Below, piece after piece: positions 48,781-59,577 of a DNA stretch of 64,000 nt. Where the stretch lies: positions 124,001 to 188,000 of the forward strand of contig PEAD01000002.1 in assembly GCA_002753335.1 (NCBI GenBank). Reading direction: 5' to 3'. The position numbers were made by a program, and so were the translations under genes. Positions within the stretch are counted from its first letter, which is position 1. Every line of letters starts with the position of its first letter. Under the pieces are notes generated by a model. That model did not search any database, was not told where the DNA came from, and was given only the letters and a program-made list of their open reading frames with translations. This stretch comes from Nitrospirae bacterium MYbin3 (GTDB taxonomy: Bacteria; Nitrospirota; Thermodesulfovibrionia; Thermodesulfovibrionales; Dissulfurispiraceae).

Positions 48781-49818
48781 TTAAATAACATGCTTTAAAT
48801 TATTTGCGTAAGGATATTTAAACCCTCCCACCGCCCTAAAAAAACCTTCACGTTTCGAGTTGGCATAAAAACCAAACCGGTTATGAACATCAGTTTGATA
48901 GTTAGAAAAAGAATTATTGACGAGCAATATATGCTTATAGCCAAAATCTTTTGCCATATTAATTTGGGGCTCTCTGAAACTACCGTTTGGGAATGCGTAT
49001 ATATCTACAGGATTTTTTATAAAATTCAAAAAATAGTCTCTGCAATTTACCATATCTCTTTGGAAATATTCATCAGATTCAAATCGCATCGATGCATGAG
49101 AATAAGAGTGTGCACCCAACTCATGCACACCGATAAGTTGTCGTACTTCTTCTAGAGACATCATCGCAGTTGGTACAAAATTATCCATATTTAAAAACTG
49201 TGGCATAAGTTCTTCCTCCAACTCGCGCTGTTCTGACATAGGTCTATTCTTTATAAATGAAGATACATGCAAACCCATCTGGTAGCGGTTGCTATTGAAA
49301 AATCTAATATCAGTACCGCTAATTTTGAGTTGCTTTAGCAAACTACTAGGAGCTCTGCCTATAAAATCTTGTGCAATTACATTAATAGGTGGACATTTTC
49401 GCTCCACACACTCAGGAATTATATTTTGATTTACAGAAATATGGTGTTTTTCAAGTATTGGTACAGCATATTCTATAAAATCCTTATATCCATCATCAAA
49501 TGAAAGAATCAACTTCGGCTTACCAGACACAGCTAAACTGTTTAGATTTTCGAATGTTGTCAGTTCAAAGTTCTTTTTTATAAACAATAGTAATTCGTTG
49601 AAAATTGCTGGAGTTAGAGACTGATACGCGCTACCATCTTTCTCTGAAACACGATGCAAGTTGAGTATTGTAAGCACACCCGCTTTACGAATTACAATTA
49701 TTCTTAACTTCAAAATAATTTGATTAGCAAAACTAAATAACGCAATATTCTTAATTATTTTCATCAAAACAACCACATCATCTAGCCTCATTTCTACCCA
49801 GTATCTTGCGAATTGCAT
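48781..49818 (-). CDS. Polysaccharide deacetylase
   Basis: LHRV; LSFDDGY; LGAHSYSH; AFPNG; true start probably downstream of 49818. Confidence 0.88.
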   Translation of the reverse strand: MQFARYWVEMRLDDVVVLMKIIKNIALFSFANQIILKLRIIVIRKAGVLTILNLHRVSEKDGSAYQSLTPAIFNELLLFIKKNFELTTFENLNSLAVSGKPKLILSFDDGYKDFIEYAVPILEKHHISVNQNIIPECVERKCPPINVIAQDFIGRAPSSLLKQLKISGTDIRFFNSNRYQMGLHVSSFIKNRPMSEQRELEEELMPQFLNMDNFVPTAMMSLEEVRQLIGVHELGAHSYSHASMRFESDEYFQRDMVNCRDYFLNFIKNPVDIYAFPNGSFREPQINMAKDFGYKHILLVNNSFSNYQTDVHNRFGFYANSKREGFFRAVGGFKYPYANNLKHVI

Positions 49819-50905
49819 TGCACTGCTGATCTATTTCTTCATCACTAAGGTTAAATGCACAAGAAAGGTTAATGCCTCGTGACGATATATCGTATGCAAC
49901 TAAGTTTTTGTCCTTATATTTAGCTTCATATTCTGGATATGCGGGGAGAGACGAAAGCGGGTAAAAAAACGGACGCGATGGAAGTCCCATATCCTCTATC
50001 TGACGCATAGCCTGCTTCTTTGTCATGTTGTGTGATTTACCAAACACTAGTGCGGTTGTCCACACACCATTCACACCACCTTCAGGCTCAGTATTGAAAT
50101 ATATATCCTCTATATTTGATAAGCGTTCTTTGTATTTATAGAATAACTCACGTTTCTTATCTACAAGCTCTTCAATCCTTTGGAACTGGGCATATCCAAG
50201 TGCTGCCTGAAGGTTAAAAGGCATATATTTATATGTAACCTCAGAATTGTAATACGGAATACCTGCAACCCTTCCGTGGTCACGTAGAAACATGCAACGC
50301 TCATAAAGATTATCGTCATCTAAGAGAAGCATTCCACCCTCGCCGGTTGTTATAGTTTTTGTTCTATGAAAGCTGAAAACCGAACCGATACCAAATTTTC
50401 CAGCCCTTACTCCTTTATACATAGAACCTACTGCCTCCGCAGCATCTTCAACAAGAGGTATGCCGTGTCTTTCTGATATAGCTATAAGAGCATCCATGTT
50501 GGGCATGTTGCCGTATAGATCGACTGCTATAATAGCCTTGGTTTTTGAAGTAATGCTCCTTTCAACTGATGAGGCATCAATGCACCAATGTATGGAATCT
50601 ATGTCACAAAAAACAGGTTCTGCACGAAGATATGTAATCGGAGCAGCAGTCGCAATCCATGTACATTCAGGGCATATAACCTCATCGCCATTTTTTATTC
50701 CTATTGCAGTAAGCAGCAGATGTATTGATGTAGTGCAATTGGGAGTCATTATGCCGTATTTACGCCCGTGATAAGCAGCAAATTCTTTTTGAAATGTTTC
50801 TACATAATAGTATGCATTCTCATACCATCCGTCGCGCATGGCATCCTCTACTATTTTAATTTCATGATCTGTTATCCATGGTCCTGCCATAAAAAACTTT
50901 CCCAT
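49778..50905 (-). CDS. DegT/DnrJ aminotransferase (perosamine synthase-like)
   Basis: EDAAEA; SFHRTKTITTGEGG. Confidence 0.9.
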   Translation of the reverse strand: MGKFFMAGPWITDHEIKIVEDAMRDGWYENAYYYVETFQKEFAAYHGRKYGIMTPNCTTSIHLLLTAIGIKNGDEVICPECTWIATAAPITYLRAEPVFCDIDSIHWCIDASSVERSITSKTKAIIAVDLYGNMPNMDALIAISERHGIPLVEDAAEAVGSMYKGVRAGKFGIGSVFSFHRTKTITTGEGGMLLLDDDNLYERCMFLRDHGRVAGIPYYNSEVTYKYMPFNLQAALGYAQFQRIEELVDKKRELFYKYKERLSNIEDIYFNTEPEGGVNGVWTTALVFGKSHNMTKKQAMRQIEDMGLPSRPFFYPLSSLPAYPEYEAKYKDKNLVAYDISSRGINLSCAFNLSDEEIDQQCNAIRKILGRNEAR

Positions 50906-51615
50906 TAATCCAAAACCTCTCGATTGCGTATTATTGATTTTGCTGGCACACCAACTACAGTAATGTTATCAGGCACATCCTTTGTAACCACCGCTCCAGC
51001 GCCAACAATTGCATCTTTACCTATTGTTATTCTAGGCAACACAGTTGCTCCTGCGCATATCCAAGCATTTATTCCAACATGTACAAGTCCGCACAATGTA
51101 GCCCCAGGCGATATGTCAACACCATCATCTAAAACAACTTCGTGGTCAAGGCTTGCATTAGTGTTAATAATGCATTGTCTGCCGATTTTAGTTTCCGAAG
51201 TAACTATAGCACCAGCAAGAATCTGTGAGCCTTCCCCAATTTCAGAATTATCATCAATCCAAGCTGCAGGATGAATAATCGTCACTGGCTTTAACCTTTC
51301 ACTCACAAATCGTTCATGCAATTTTAATCTTTCCCTTCCATAAGGAGGTCCTATTGTAATACTAAAACCTATTTCATCTCGATTTTTCTTGATAAGCCAT
51401 TCCTCTATATAATCTCCTTTAAACAATGGTACATCTTTAAACGGCGGAATTAACCCTTCTGTATCATCAAAAACAGCCAACAACCTTGAACCATAATATT
51501 CTATTATTGGCCTTGTTACCTTTGCCTGACCAGTTCCCCCATAAAAAATTATCAAAGGAGGCAGTTTGAAAATATTCTTCATATAGTTTTTAGTAACGAA
51601 TACCGTCTTTTTCAA
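50905..51615 (-). CDS. NeuD/PglD-family hexapeptide acetyltransferase
   Basis: IINTNASLDHE; VGAGAVVTKDV; VVGVPA. Confidence 0.88.
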   Translation of the reverse strand: MKKTVFVTKNYMKNIFKLPPLIIFYGGTGQAKVTRPIIEYYGSRLLAVFDDTEGLIPPFKDVPLFKGDYIEEWLIKKNRDEIGFSITIGPPYGRERLKLHERFVSERLKPVTIIHPAAWIDDNSEIGEGSQILAGAIVTSETKIGRQCIINTNASLDHEVVLDDGVDISPGATLCGLVHVGINAWICAGATVLPRITIGKDAIVGAGAVVTKDVPDNITVVGVPAKSIIRNREVLD

Positions 51616-52984
51616 GAAGATTACTGAACTCTTCCTTTACATGATCACCCTGTCTGAAAATAAGACTTTCAAGATAGTTAGATTCTGATATTGACTTAGA
51701 TGCTTTATCGGTAAGTTCAATATCTATCAAGCTTCTAATCCATTGTTCGTCAATATTGTACTTAATAAAAAATGTACCTAACTTGGATAAATTTTTAATT
51801 CTTCTCTGAGTACAAGAATCAAATTTAATCGCGCCGATTCCACTATAAAGATCATAAGATATATCATCACCATGCAAAGCAATATTATTGTTTTTGCAAT
51901 AATCATATAATATTGTACCTGGGTATACCATAAGAGGAAAAGTTGCTGTAAAGGAGCCGCCAGCCACACGCTGACCAAGTTTTATCGTATCAATTGCATC
52001 TCCGATAGGATCTGCAACAGGTAACCCAATAATAAGTTCTATTTTAACCCTAATATTATACGATTTAAGCCTATCGATAGCATTTTTTATCATCGATTCA
52101 CTCTGATACTGACGATTAAATAATCTTAAAGACTCCGGACGTGATGTCTGAACTCCCATAGCTACAGTAGTTACAAGCCCTGATAGTATCTCTATTGTTT
52201 TATCTGATGCTCTAACAACAGTATTAGGATTGACAAATCCATATATAGGTAAGTTAATTTTTTGTTTCCATGCTGAAGAGAACTCACTTAACCAAGACTC
52301 TATTTGGTCACCATATAACATATCATCATCGCCCAATGTAACTTCCTTGGTTGGAAATTCTAAAAAAATACTGGCCTCTTCAATTAGATTCTTAATAGGT
52401 CGGCGTGTAAGCCAGAATTTCTTATATTCATCAGGAGAGTATGCTTTCTTAACCCGTGAAGTTGAGCAGAAAGAGCAATTATATGGGCAGCCAAAGTGAG
52501 ACATAATAGCTTTACGGTGACGGCTACCAATGCGAGGAATATCTGTGTAATACTCACGCTTAGCAGGCATAATTTGATCAATAGGAATGAGGTTCCCCTT
52601 TACAACCAATCCACTAGATCCCCGGTTATTAATAATATTATCAATTGTTCCGAAAACCGGTCCAACAACAATAATATCAATCTCTTCCAACTCGACCACT
52701 TCTGGCAAAGCTGATACATGTGCTCCACCAAATACTGAACTCACCCCAGGTATAATTTTTTTAATTTTATGAGCTAATTCCCTCGCCGATTTGAAAAATG
52801 TGGTCAAAGGCGAAAAACATATAAAATCAGGTTTGTATTGTATTACATTTTCAAGTACACCATCAAAATCAGCATCAAACCATTTAATCTTATGGCCGCT
52901 TTTCAATATCTCAGCAGCAACAAATTCTAAACCATACATACAATCAGTCCCCATGTGAAAAAGAGCAAATTTTTTTATCGGCAT
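51590..52984 (-). CDS. B12-binding radical SAM protein
   Basis: FGGAH; GCPYNCSFC; IIGLP. Confidence 0.88.
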   Translation of the reverse strand: MPIKKFALFHMGTDCMYGLEFVAAEILKSGHKIKWFDADFDGVLENVIQYKPDFICFSPLTTFFKSARELAHKIKKIIPGVSSVFGGAHVSALPEVVELEEIDIIVVGPVFGTIDNIINNRGSSGLVVKGNLIPIDQIMPAKREYYTDIPRIGSRHRKAIMSHFGCPYNCSFCSTSRVKKAYSPDEYKKFWLTRRPIKNLIEEASIFLEFPTKEVTLGDDDMLYGDQIESWLSEFSSAWKQKINLPIYGFVNPNTVVRASDKTIEILSGLVTTVAMGVQTSRPESLRLFNRQYQSESMIKNAIDRLKSYNIRVKIELIIGLPVADPIGDAIDTIKLGQRVAGGSFTATFPLMVYPGTILYDYCKNNNIALHGDDISYDLYSGIGAIKFDSCTQRRIKNLSKLGTFFIKYNIDEQWIRSLIDIELTDKASKSISESNYLESLIFRQGDHVKEEFSNLLEKDGIRY

Positions 52985-53055
52985 ATTAATCCTCCTCAGT
53001 AAATTACCACCGACATTGTAAGTGGCTTTAAACTACAACTCCTGACATTGTTATA

Positions 53056-54279
53056 TTACCCATTCTGCTTTTTTGCAACAATAAACTCAATATCGTTAAT
53101 TACATTAATAAAACGTTTTGATAAAGGAAGTAAGTTATCTTGGTTTCTATATCGTTTTCTAACTACAGTTTGCCTAGCTATTGTACTACACAAGAAAGGC
53201 AATTCTTCTGCATAAAAAGCAGCATCAACATCAAAATTAGTTTTAGCAAAATGCCTATGATATACAATTGAGAATACCGTATGTCCACAAATATATGCTT
53301 CATAAAGTAATGTACTAATAAATCCAATAAATATTTTAGGGGCTCCAGATAACAAATCATCCTTACTACGAGTATCAATACATTGAAGCAAGCCATCAGG
53401 AAGTACATTTGTATCTGATGGATGAGGTCTATATGTGTGATTAATTTTATTTTTTTTCAATAAATTTGATAATTCTTGAAAAATATCCGAAAATGGTGAC
53501 CCTTCGTCAGTACCAACAAGAACAACATCCCTAATACCTTCATCCCTAACATGTGGTATATCCCATGGTGGCCCCATAATGAAAAATTCAGAATTTTTGA
53601 TATATTTAGAGTAATATTTCTTTGAAGTTTCGTTATATAGGACATTAAAGGGGGTTCTCTCTCCAGCTCTTACAACTAAATCGTCATTTACAACAAAATC
53701 AGCATACATGCCGTGCTGAATACATAAAACTCGAAATACAGAATTAAACTGATTAGCCAAGGATGAAAAAAACATATCTTGAGGGTGAGTGTCTGAAGTT
53801 AAGATTAGATAACAAATTTCTTTCTGTAATGAAAATAACCTATAGAACCTATACATCTCACTTTCCAAGCTTTTTGTATTATTTTCGAAATAAGCTTTAT
53901 AAAAAAAATAAACAATGTTGTGAACTAGAATAAATGCAATCCTATTTCTTAACGCATAAATCACATCTGACTTACTTCTTGCAATAATCAATACTTCGTC
54001 GCTTTTTAGACCATTTAAAAGCTGTTTATATCTCAGTCCAACAAAAATAAACTTCTTATTTTTACTCATTATAATACCAAAAGCATTCATAATATTTATA
54101 AAATATCTCTTTATCCAAAATTTTTTGTTGTTCTCAAAATAAAGCTGTGTTTGTAACATAAAACCTTTATTTAATTTGCCTATATAAAAGAGATCTAACT
54201 TCTTCATTACAGCATTATAATCATTTAACATTATTTTGCATATATCATCTATCTCGTATTTTTTTTTGTATTTTTTCAT
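53056..54279 (-). CDS. Hypothetical protein, possible CMP-nonulosonate transferase (GT-B)
   Basis: IQHG, YRPHP and ISTLLYEA motifs; immediately downstream of pseI. Confidence 0.5.
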   Translation of the reverse strand: MKKYKKKYEIDDICKIMLNDYNAVMKKLDLFYIGKLNKGFMLQTQLYFENNKKFWIKRYFINIMNAFGIIMSKNKKFIFVGLRYKQLLNGLKSDEVLIIARSKSDVIYALRNRIAFILVHNIVYFFYKAYFENNTKSLESEMYRFYRLFSLQKEICYLILTSDTHPQDMFFSSLANQFNSVFRVLCIQHGMYADFVVNDDLVVRAGERTPFNVLYNETSKKYYSKYIKNSEFFIMGPPWDIPHVRDEGIRDVVLVGTDEGSPFSDIFQELSNLLKKNKINHTYRPHPSDTNVLPDGLLQCIDTRSKDDLLSGAPKIFIGFISTLLYEAYICGHTVFSIVYHRHFAKTNFDVDAAFYAEELPFLCSTIARQTVVRKRYRNQDNLLPLSKRFINVINDIEFIVAKKQNG

Positions 54280-54318
54280 AAATGTTATAAGTTAGTTACA
54301 CCACTTCTCTGTAAGCTT

Positions 54319-55371
54319 TCATCCAATTAATTCCCACTTCAAAGCAGTTCCGCGTCTTATATCCCGATTAACCGTCTTTCCTAATAGTTGTTCAAAATGT
54401 TTCGGTTGCATACCATACCCTGGTCTTATTGCCCTCAAATTTTCATGTGTTAGTTTATCACCGGCCTTAATGTCTTTAACAACATACAATGAGCGTCGAA
54501 ACTTAATTGATATCTTTTCGTCAGCGCTTAATTCATAACTTATTGTGCCGAGAGACTTCCAAGCTCTTGAAGTTTCTTGCACAAAAATCTTCATTTCATC
54601 AGGCTCTATAGAAAAAGCGCTATCCACACCTCCATCAGTGCGACTCAGCGTAAAGTGCTTCTCAATAACGGTTGCACCTAAAGCTACGCTCGCAACAGCA
54701 ACACCTACCCCCATAGTATGGTCTGACAATCCAACTTCACACTTGAACATTTCACGAATATGCGGAATAGTTAAAATATTTGAATTCTCAGGCATTGCAG
54801 GATAGGCGCTGGTGCATTTCAGAAGAATTATATCCTTACATCCAGCTTCACGAGCACATTCAACAGCTTCATGAAGTTCAGCAATGTTTGCCATGCCTGT
54901 TGAAATAATCAATGGCTTGCCTGTATAAGCAACTTTACGAATAAGAGGCAGATGATTATTTTCGAAGGATGCTATTTTATACGCCGGCACATTTAACTCT
55001 TCAAGAAAGTCAACGGCTGTTTCATCAAAAGGAGTACTAAAACAGATTAGCCCAAGTTCCCGGCAGCGATCGAGAATAGGTTTATGCCATTCCCATGGGG
55101 TATACGCTTGCTTATAAAGATTATATAGCGAATTGCCCTTCCATAGGCTATTTGAATCTGAAATATAAAAATCACCTTCTGCAATATCAATAGTAATGGT
55201 ATCAGCAGTATAAGTCTGCAACTTTAGTGCATGAGATCCAGAATGAAATACAGCATCTACTATTGCAAGAGCACGATCCAGAGACTTATTATGATTACCA
55301 GACATTTCTGCAATAATAAATGGTTCCTGATTAAGTCCTATCCTTTTATTGCCTATGGTTAAATTTTTCAT
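54319..55371 (-). CDS. pseI: Pseudaminic acid synthase
   Basis: IIAEMSGNHN; KLQTYTADT; TPWEWH; GLSDHT; EKHFTL; C-terminal SAF domain; start at MKNLTIG by ATGA overlap. Confidence 0.92.
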   Translation of the reverse strand: MKNLTIGNKRIGLNQEPFIIAEMSGNHNKSLDRALAIVDAVFHSGSHALKLQTYTADTITIDIAEGDFYISDSNSLWKGNSLYNLYKQAYTPWEWHKPILDRCRELGLICFSTPFDETAVDFLEELNVPAYKIASFENNHLPLIRKVAYTGKPLIISTGMANIAELHEAVECAREAGCKDIILLKCTSAYPAMPENSNILTIPHIREMFKCEVGLSDHTMGVGVAVASVALGATVIEKHFTLSRTDGGVDSAFSIEPDEMKIFVQETSRAWKSLGTISYELSADEKISIKFRRSLYVVKDIKAGDKLTHENLRAIRPGYGMQPKHFEQLLGKTVNRDIRRGTALKWELIG

Positions 55372-56069
55372 TTTTCTCCAATTAGTTTGCGACCTAAATA
55401 AAATGCCTCGGCCGCTTCGACACCTACAAATGCCCCCCTCCATCTGGCCAAATGTTCAACAGCCTTTATAGAACGCGCATGAGGCCAAGGTCTCATTTCA
55501 GACTTATATGACTGAAGCGCATTTAACTTGATGGACAGCGTACTGCTCACATCTTCAAACCAATTCGGAGTAAAGGCCTGTGATAAATCAGGAGCCTGCC
55601 AACCTGTGCTCGAAGAGACTTCAAAAAATAATATTTCTCTTAAATGGTTTTCAGGCTGAGGCCGACAGGCAACCATAACTGCCGAATTTACTATTCTGTG
55701 ATCGATATTTAGGTCTCCAAAATGGTGAGTATAAACAATATCAGGCTTTATATGTTTTAGATGAGCTTCAATTATTTTAACTATCATTAACATATCAACA
55801 GAATCCATCCTATTATCCGGCAGGTCATGGAAGTTAAGAGACTTAACCCCAAGTATTGAATTAGCCTTAGTAGAGGAACCCTTAAGGCGACGCAAGTCAT
55901 CATTTCTCTTTCTTAGGCTGCAATTTTCATCACGGCCTGTTATCCCTTCTGCAAGAATAACTACATGCACCTCATCGCGGTTAATAGAGTGTTTTGCCAT
56001 AGTTGCGCCACAGCCGAGCACTTCATCGTCAGGGTGAGCAGCTACAACCAATATACGCTTGGGTTTCAT
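55368..56069 (-). CDS. PIG-L/LmbE family deacetylase
   Basis: AAHPDDEVLGCG; DLNIDH; start at MKPKR. Confidence 0.9.
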   Translation of the reverse strand: MKPKRILVVAAHPDDEVLGCGATMAKHSINRDEVHVVILAEGITGRDENCSLRKRNDDLRRLKGSSTKANSILGVKSLNFHDLPDNRMDSVDMLMIVKIIEAHLKHIKPDIVYTHHFGDLNIDHRIVNSAVMVACRPQPENHLREILFFEVSSSTGWQAPDLSQAFTPNWFEDVSSTLSIKLNALQSYKSEMRPWPHARSIKAVEHLARWRGAFVGVEAAEAFYLGRKLIGEK

Positions 56070-56863
56070 AACCTCCTCGCTAAACAAGCCATTATATGTT
56101 TTTCCATCTTAAAGCTACCATGGGTGTTAAAATGGTCCTCGATATCAAGCAATATAGCATTCTCATGTGCAGAAGAGAAAAAAGTTGATGCCTTCCAATA
56201 ATCCATAAGAACCTTAGATGATGGGTAGCTAATCATATTTTTGAATGTTTCAGTATTTATGGATAAATATTGTGATAATATTGGAATAACCTCGTGTTCC
56301 ATAAAGGTAGATGAACTACGTTTTACAATATCCGGAAGAATAAAATGTCTTTCAATTATTTCAAAAAGAGGAGAATTGTTATTGCCATAAGGCCCGACTA
56401 TAAGGATTGTTCCATCATAAGCCAAATTGTCAATCATCTGCTCCAAAGTTTTTTTTGTATCTGTAGAATAATACAGTCCATAAAAACAGGATATAAGATC
56501 AAATTTTTGATTACTAATCTCGTGGTCATCAAACATATCTTCCATAGCAACCTTCTTCAGAATGTATCCAGTAGCCCCTATTGACCGAAGCCTTGAATCT
56601 GCGGCCTGAAGAGATTCCTGAGATATATCCACCCCTATAAGCAAGACATTCCTATTATTTGCTGCGTATTTCAATAATTGGTTTCCTGTGCCGCAACAAA
56701 TATCGAGAATAGATGTAAATTGAATTTTATTTATTAAGCAATCAACCCATCCGTCAAAATCATTAGTCCCATAATTTTTATTAACTTCTGACCTTTGCTT
56801 AAGGTTTGGGGTACTAGTTGCGCTATGCATCAATTCGCTATGAGTATCAGATTTTATGTTCAT
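56066..56863 (-). CDS. Class I SAM-dependent methyltransferase
   Basis: LDICCGTG; GVDIS. Confidence 0.85.
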   Translation of the reverse strand: MNIKSDTHSELMHSATSTPNLKQRSEVNKNYGTNDFDGWVDCLINKIQFTSILDICCGTGNQLLKYAANNRNVLLIGVDISQESLQAADSRLRSIGATGYILKKVAMEDMFDDHEISNQKFDLISCFYGLYYSTDTKKTLEQMIDNLAYDGTILIVGPYGNNNSPLFEIIERHFILPDIVKRSSSTFMEHEVIPILSQYLSINTETFKNMISYPSSKVLMDYWKASTFFSSAHENAILLDIEDHFNTHGSFKMEKHIMACLARRL

Positions 56864-57545
56864 GCCCTCTACCTCCTAAAGTCATTTTTTCAATTTTCAA
56901 TAAATATATTTCTCCTTCTATCTCAAAAAAAGCCGGATAACGTTCATTATCAGCTACGCGAAACAAATTAAACTGTTCTTTTATTGTCTTATCAGGATTC
57001 AGCTTACTATCTTTTTTTGAACGTTTTTTGTAAAAAGTTGACTCACCATACTGTTCAACACCTTTTTCAACTATGCCAGGATATTCATTGATAAAGCGAA
57101 TGCACATTCGTATGGTAGTCTCAGCCTGTATCCTTCTAAGTTCACCTGCAAGCTCGGTGCCGTTGAACTTCATTACATCCTTTATATATATCTTACCGCT
57201 GTCAACATATTCCGACGCTTCAAGGAGACACACGGGTATCTCACTTTTTCCTTCAAGTATCTGCCATGTAAGTGGAGCCCAACCTTTTCCACTCGGCAAA
57301 TCGCTTTCATGGATAACGAGATTATGGCGATTTCTCGAAAGAACTTCTCTGGAAACTATTTGACCACAACTTAGAAAAAAAGCAATATCCCCTGGTAATA
57401 TTTCATTTGAATTATGCACTATACTGACACTATGATTATCTTTTACAAGTTTATTTGCAAGTTCTGGAATATATTCGCCAATCCAACTGTCAGAATCAGA
57501 AAGTATCGTTATATGCAAACTTAAATCAGGCATTTTATATTGCAT
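56847..57545 (-). CDS. Sugar N-formyltransferase-like protein
   Basis: NLVIHESDLPSGKGWAP; VDSGKIY. Confidence 0.85.
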   Translation of the reverse strand: MQYKMPDLSLHITILSDSDSWIGEYIPELANKLVKDNHSVSIVHNSNEILPGDIAFFLSCGQIVSREVLSRNRHNLVIHESDLPSGKGWAPLTWQILEGKSEIPVCLLEASEYVDSGKIYIKDVMKFNGTELAGELRRIQAETTIRMCIRFINEYPGIVEKGVEQYGESTFYKKRSKKDSKLNPDKTIKEQFNLFRVADNERYPAFFEIEGEIYLLKIEKMTLGGRGHEHKI

Positions 57546-58276
57546 ATATCATCTTCAAAATCATTAAGCCTGTCTTTATAATCCTTAACTGTCTCAACAG
57601 TCACCTTATTTCCATCAGGGATTAATTTCATTATTGCCTTGATATCATAATTACCTTCCCCAATATGATCATGCCTGTCATATGCACTATGATAATCACC
57701 ATCGGTCAGATGAAATATTTCAGGCTTTAGGCAAAAAAATTCATCAATGAATTCCATAGGGTCTTTATTTAAGCCTCTTGCAGCGCAAAAAGCGTGGCCA
57801 ATGTCCAAGCAGCAGCCTATGCTAGCTTCGTTCATCAAAAATCCAATTTCTCCAGCCGTTGCACCGTTACAGATAAGTCCGTCAAATAATGCATAATAAG
57901 GTTTGTTTTCCACCAAAAGCCTGTGGTCATTTATCTCAATTAACTGTCTTGCAGTTTCGTTGATATCGCCTGCTACTCCTGGATGAACAATTATCTTCTC
58001 AACTGACAGACTGTCAGCAAAATGCATCGTTTCTTTGATTAAGTTCATGTTCCGCTCTTTAGACTCGCTCTTGGCGAGGTTTAGTCCTGATTGATAATGA
58101 GGCGCATGTATCACATAAGGTATCCCGAGACTTTTCCAAAGATTAATCACATCACCAGAAGTATCTGGCAAATAATATATTTCAATGTATTGATATACCC
58201 CTTTATCATACATCCGAACGGCGTCTCTAATATAATTCTCATTATTAGACCAAAGCTTGAGCCCAAATTGAAACAT
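57521..58276 (-). CDS. Xylose isomerase-like TIM barrel protein
   Basis: IHAPH; VHPG; VENKP; LDIGH; HLTDG; HDHIGEG. Confidence 0.8.
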   Translation of the reverse strand: MFQFGLKLWSNNENYIRDAVRMYDKGVYQYIEIYYLPDTSGDVINLWKSLGIPYVIHAPHYQSGLNLAKSESKERNMNLIKETMHFADSLSVEKIIVHPGVAGDINETARQLIEINDHRLLVENKPYYALFDGLICNGATAGEIGFLMNEASIGCCLDIGHAFCAARGLNKDPMEFIDEFFCLKPEIFHLTDGDYHSAYDRHDHIGEGNYDIKAIMKLIPDGNKVTVETVKDYKDRLNDFEDDICNIKCLI

Positions 58277-58281
58277 TTATT

Positions 58282-59577
58282 TCAACGGATTTTGAAAAGC
58301 GGTTCAAGTGGTTTACACTTGAGCACTATATTCATATTTTTATTTTCTACAGCGTCTTTTATGATATACAAAACATGATTGTAAGCGTCAAGCAATGATG
58401 TAATATCATCATCGTTATGAGAATAGCTCAAATTGTGAGTGCCATATGTAAGCATCCCAGACAAAAACATCTCCTGCAGAAATAAAGTTTTAATCTCCAT
58501 AAGCTTATATGGTGAAGCGTCCTTAATATTCAGAAAAGACCAGTTTGGATGTCCTGAAAGAGAGATATAATGTGACAATCCATATTTTTTGAGCATGCCC
58601 CCTAATGCGGCTAATATCTTCTCTCCTTGAGTTTTCATAGTATCGATAACAGGATATTTCTGCAATTTGGTCATAGTTGCAAGTGCAGCTGCCAGTGATA
58701 ATGTCTCTCCCCCAAATGTAAAAGAAAAGAAAACATCTTCCATTAGCTTCATAATATCGGCCTTCCCAGCAACAACTGAAACTGGATAACCATTGGAAAG
58801 TCCCTTGCCAAATGTAGCAAGGTCAGGAATTACACCAAAATATTCCTGTGCTCCTCCGTTGGCAAACCTGAAGCCTGTTATGGTCTCATCAAAAATAAAT
58901 ACAGCACCGTTTTGCCGGGTCAATTCAGCAGCCTTGTGCAAAAAAGCATCCTCAGGCTCACTCGTATTCATAGGTTCCATTATTACTGCGGCAACCTGAT
59001 TAGGCCATTGCTTGAGTATATTCTGCAAAGATTGTATATCATTGTAAATAAATGTATGGGTCAGTTCTTGCGTTGACTTTGGAACCCCCTTATTTCGTGC
59101 GGTAGAGCCTATGTACCAATCCTGCCACCCATGATAACCGCAAACCGCCACATGGTCACGCTGCGTATATGCTCGGGCAATTCTAATGGCACCTGCCGTG
59201 GCATCTGAACCGTTCTTTCCAAACCTTACCTTCTCAGCGCAGGGAACCATTTCGACTATTTTCTCTGCGACCTGAATCTCAATTGGATGCGGCAAGGAAA
59301 AAATTGTCCCTTCTTCCAATTGCGCCCGTACGGCGGCAGTTACATCAGGGTCATTATAACCTAAAGTAATCGATGCATTCGCATTGATAAAATCAATATA
59401 TTTGTTTCCATCAGCATCCCATACATGGCTCCCTAATCCCCTCGTAATAAAAAATGGAGAAACTCCGAAAGGAAATTGTGTTTTACTTTTACTGAAAGTC
59501 TGTGAACCTAGGGGAATCACTTCTAGTGCCCTTGCCAGCATTTCTTCGGATATATGATATCGTGATGATAATGTCAT
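58282..59577 (-). CDS. Class III PLP aminotransferase (GSA-aminomutase-like)
   Basis: GSQTFSKS; FGKNGSDAT; FDETITGFR; TFGKGLSNG. Confidence 0.9.
   Translation of the reverse strand: MTLSSRYHISEEMLARALEVIPLGSQTFSKSKTQFPFGVSPFFITRGLGSHVWDADGNKYIDFINANASITLGYNDPDVTAAVRAQLEEGTIFSLPHPIEIQVAEKIVEMVPCAEKVRFGKNGSDATAGAIRIARAYTQRDHVAVCGYHGWQDWYIGSTARNKGVPKSTQELTHTFIYNDIQSLQNILKQWPNQVAAVIMEPMNTSEPEDAFLHKAAELTRQNGAVFIFDETITGFRFANGGAQEYFGVIPDLATFGKGLSNGYPVSVVAGKADIMKLMEDVFFSFTFGGETLSLAAALATMTKLQKYPVIDTMKTQGEKILAALGGMLKKYGLSHYISLSGHPNWSFLNIKDASPYKLMEIKTLFLQEMFLSGMLTYGTHNLSYSHNDDDITSLLDAYNHVLYIIKDAVENKNMNIVLKCKPLEPLFKIR

Noticed and set aside
54301..54309. CCACTTCTC resembling the IS3 inverted repeat
   Set aside because: Only 9 bp and no other IS sequence nearby
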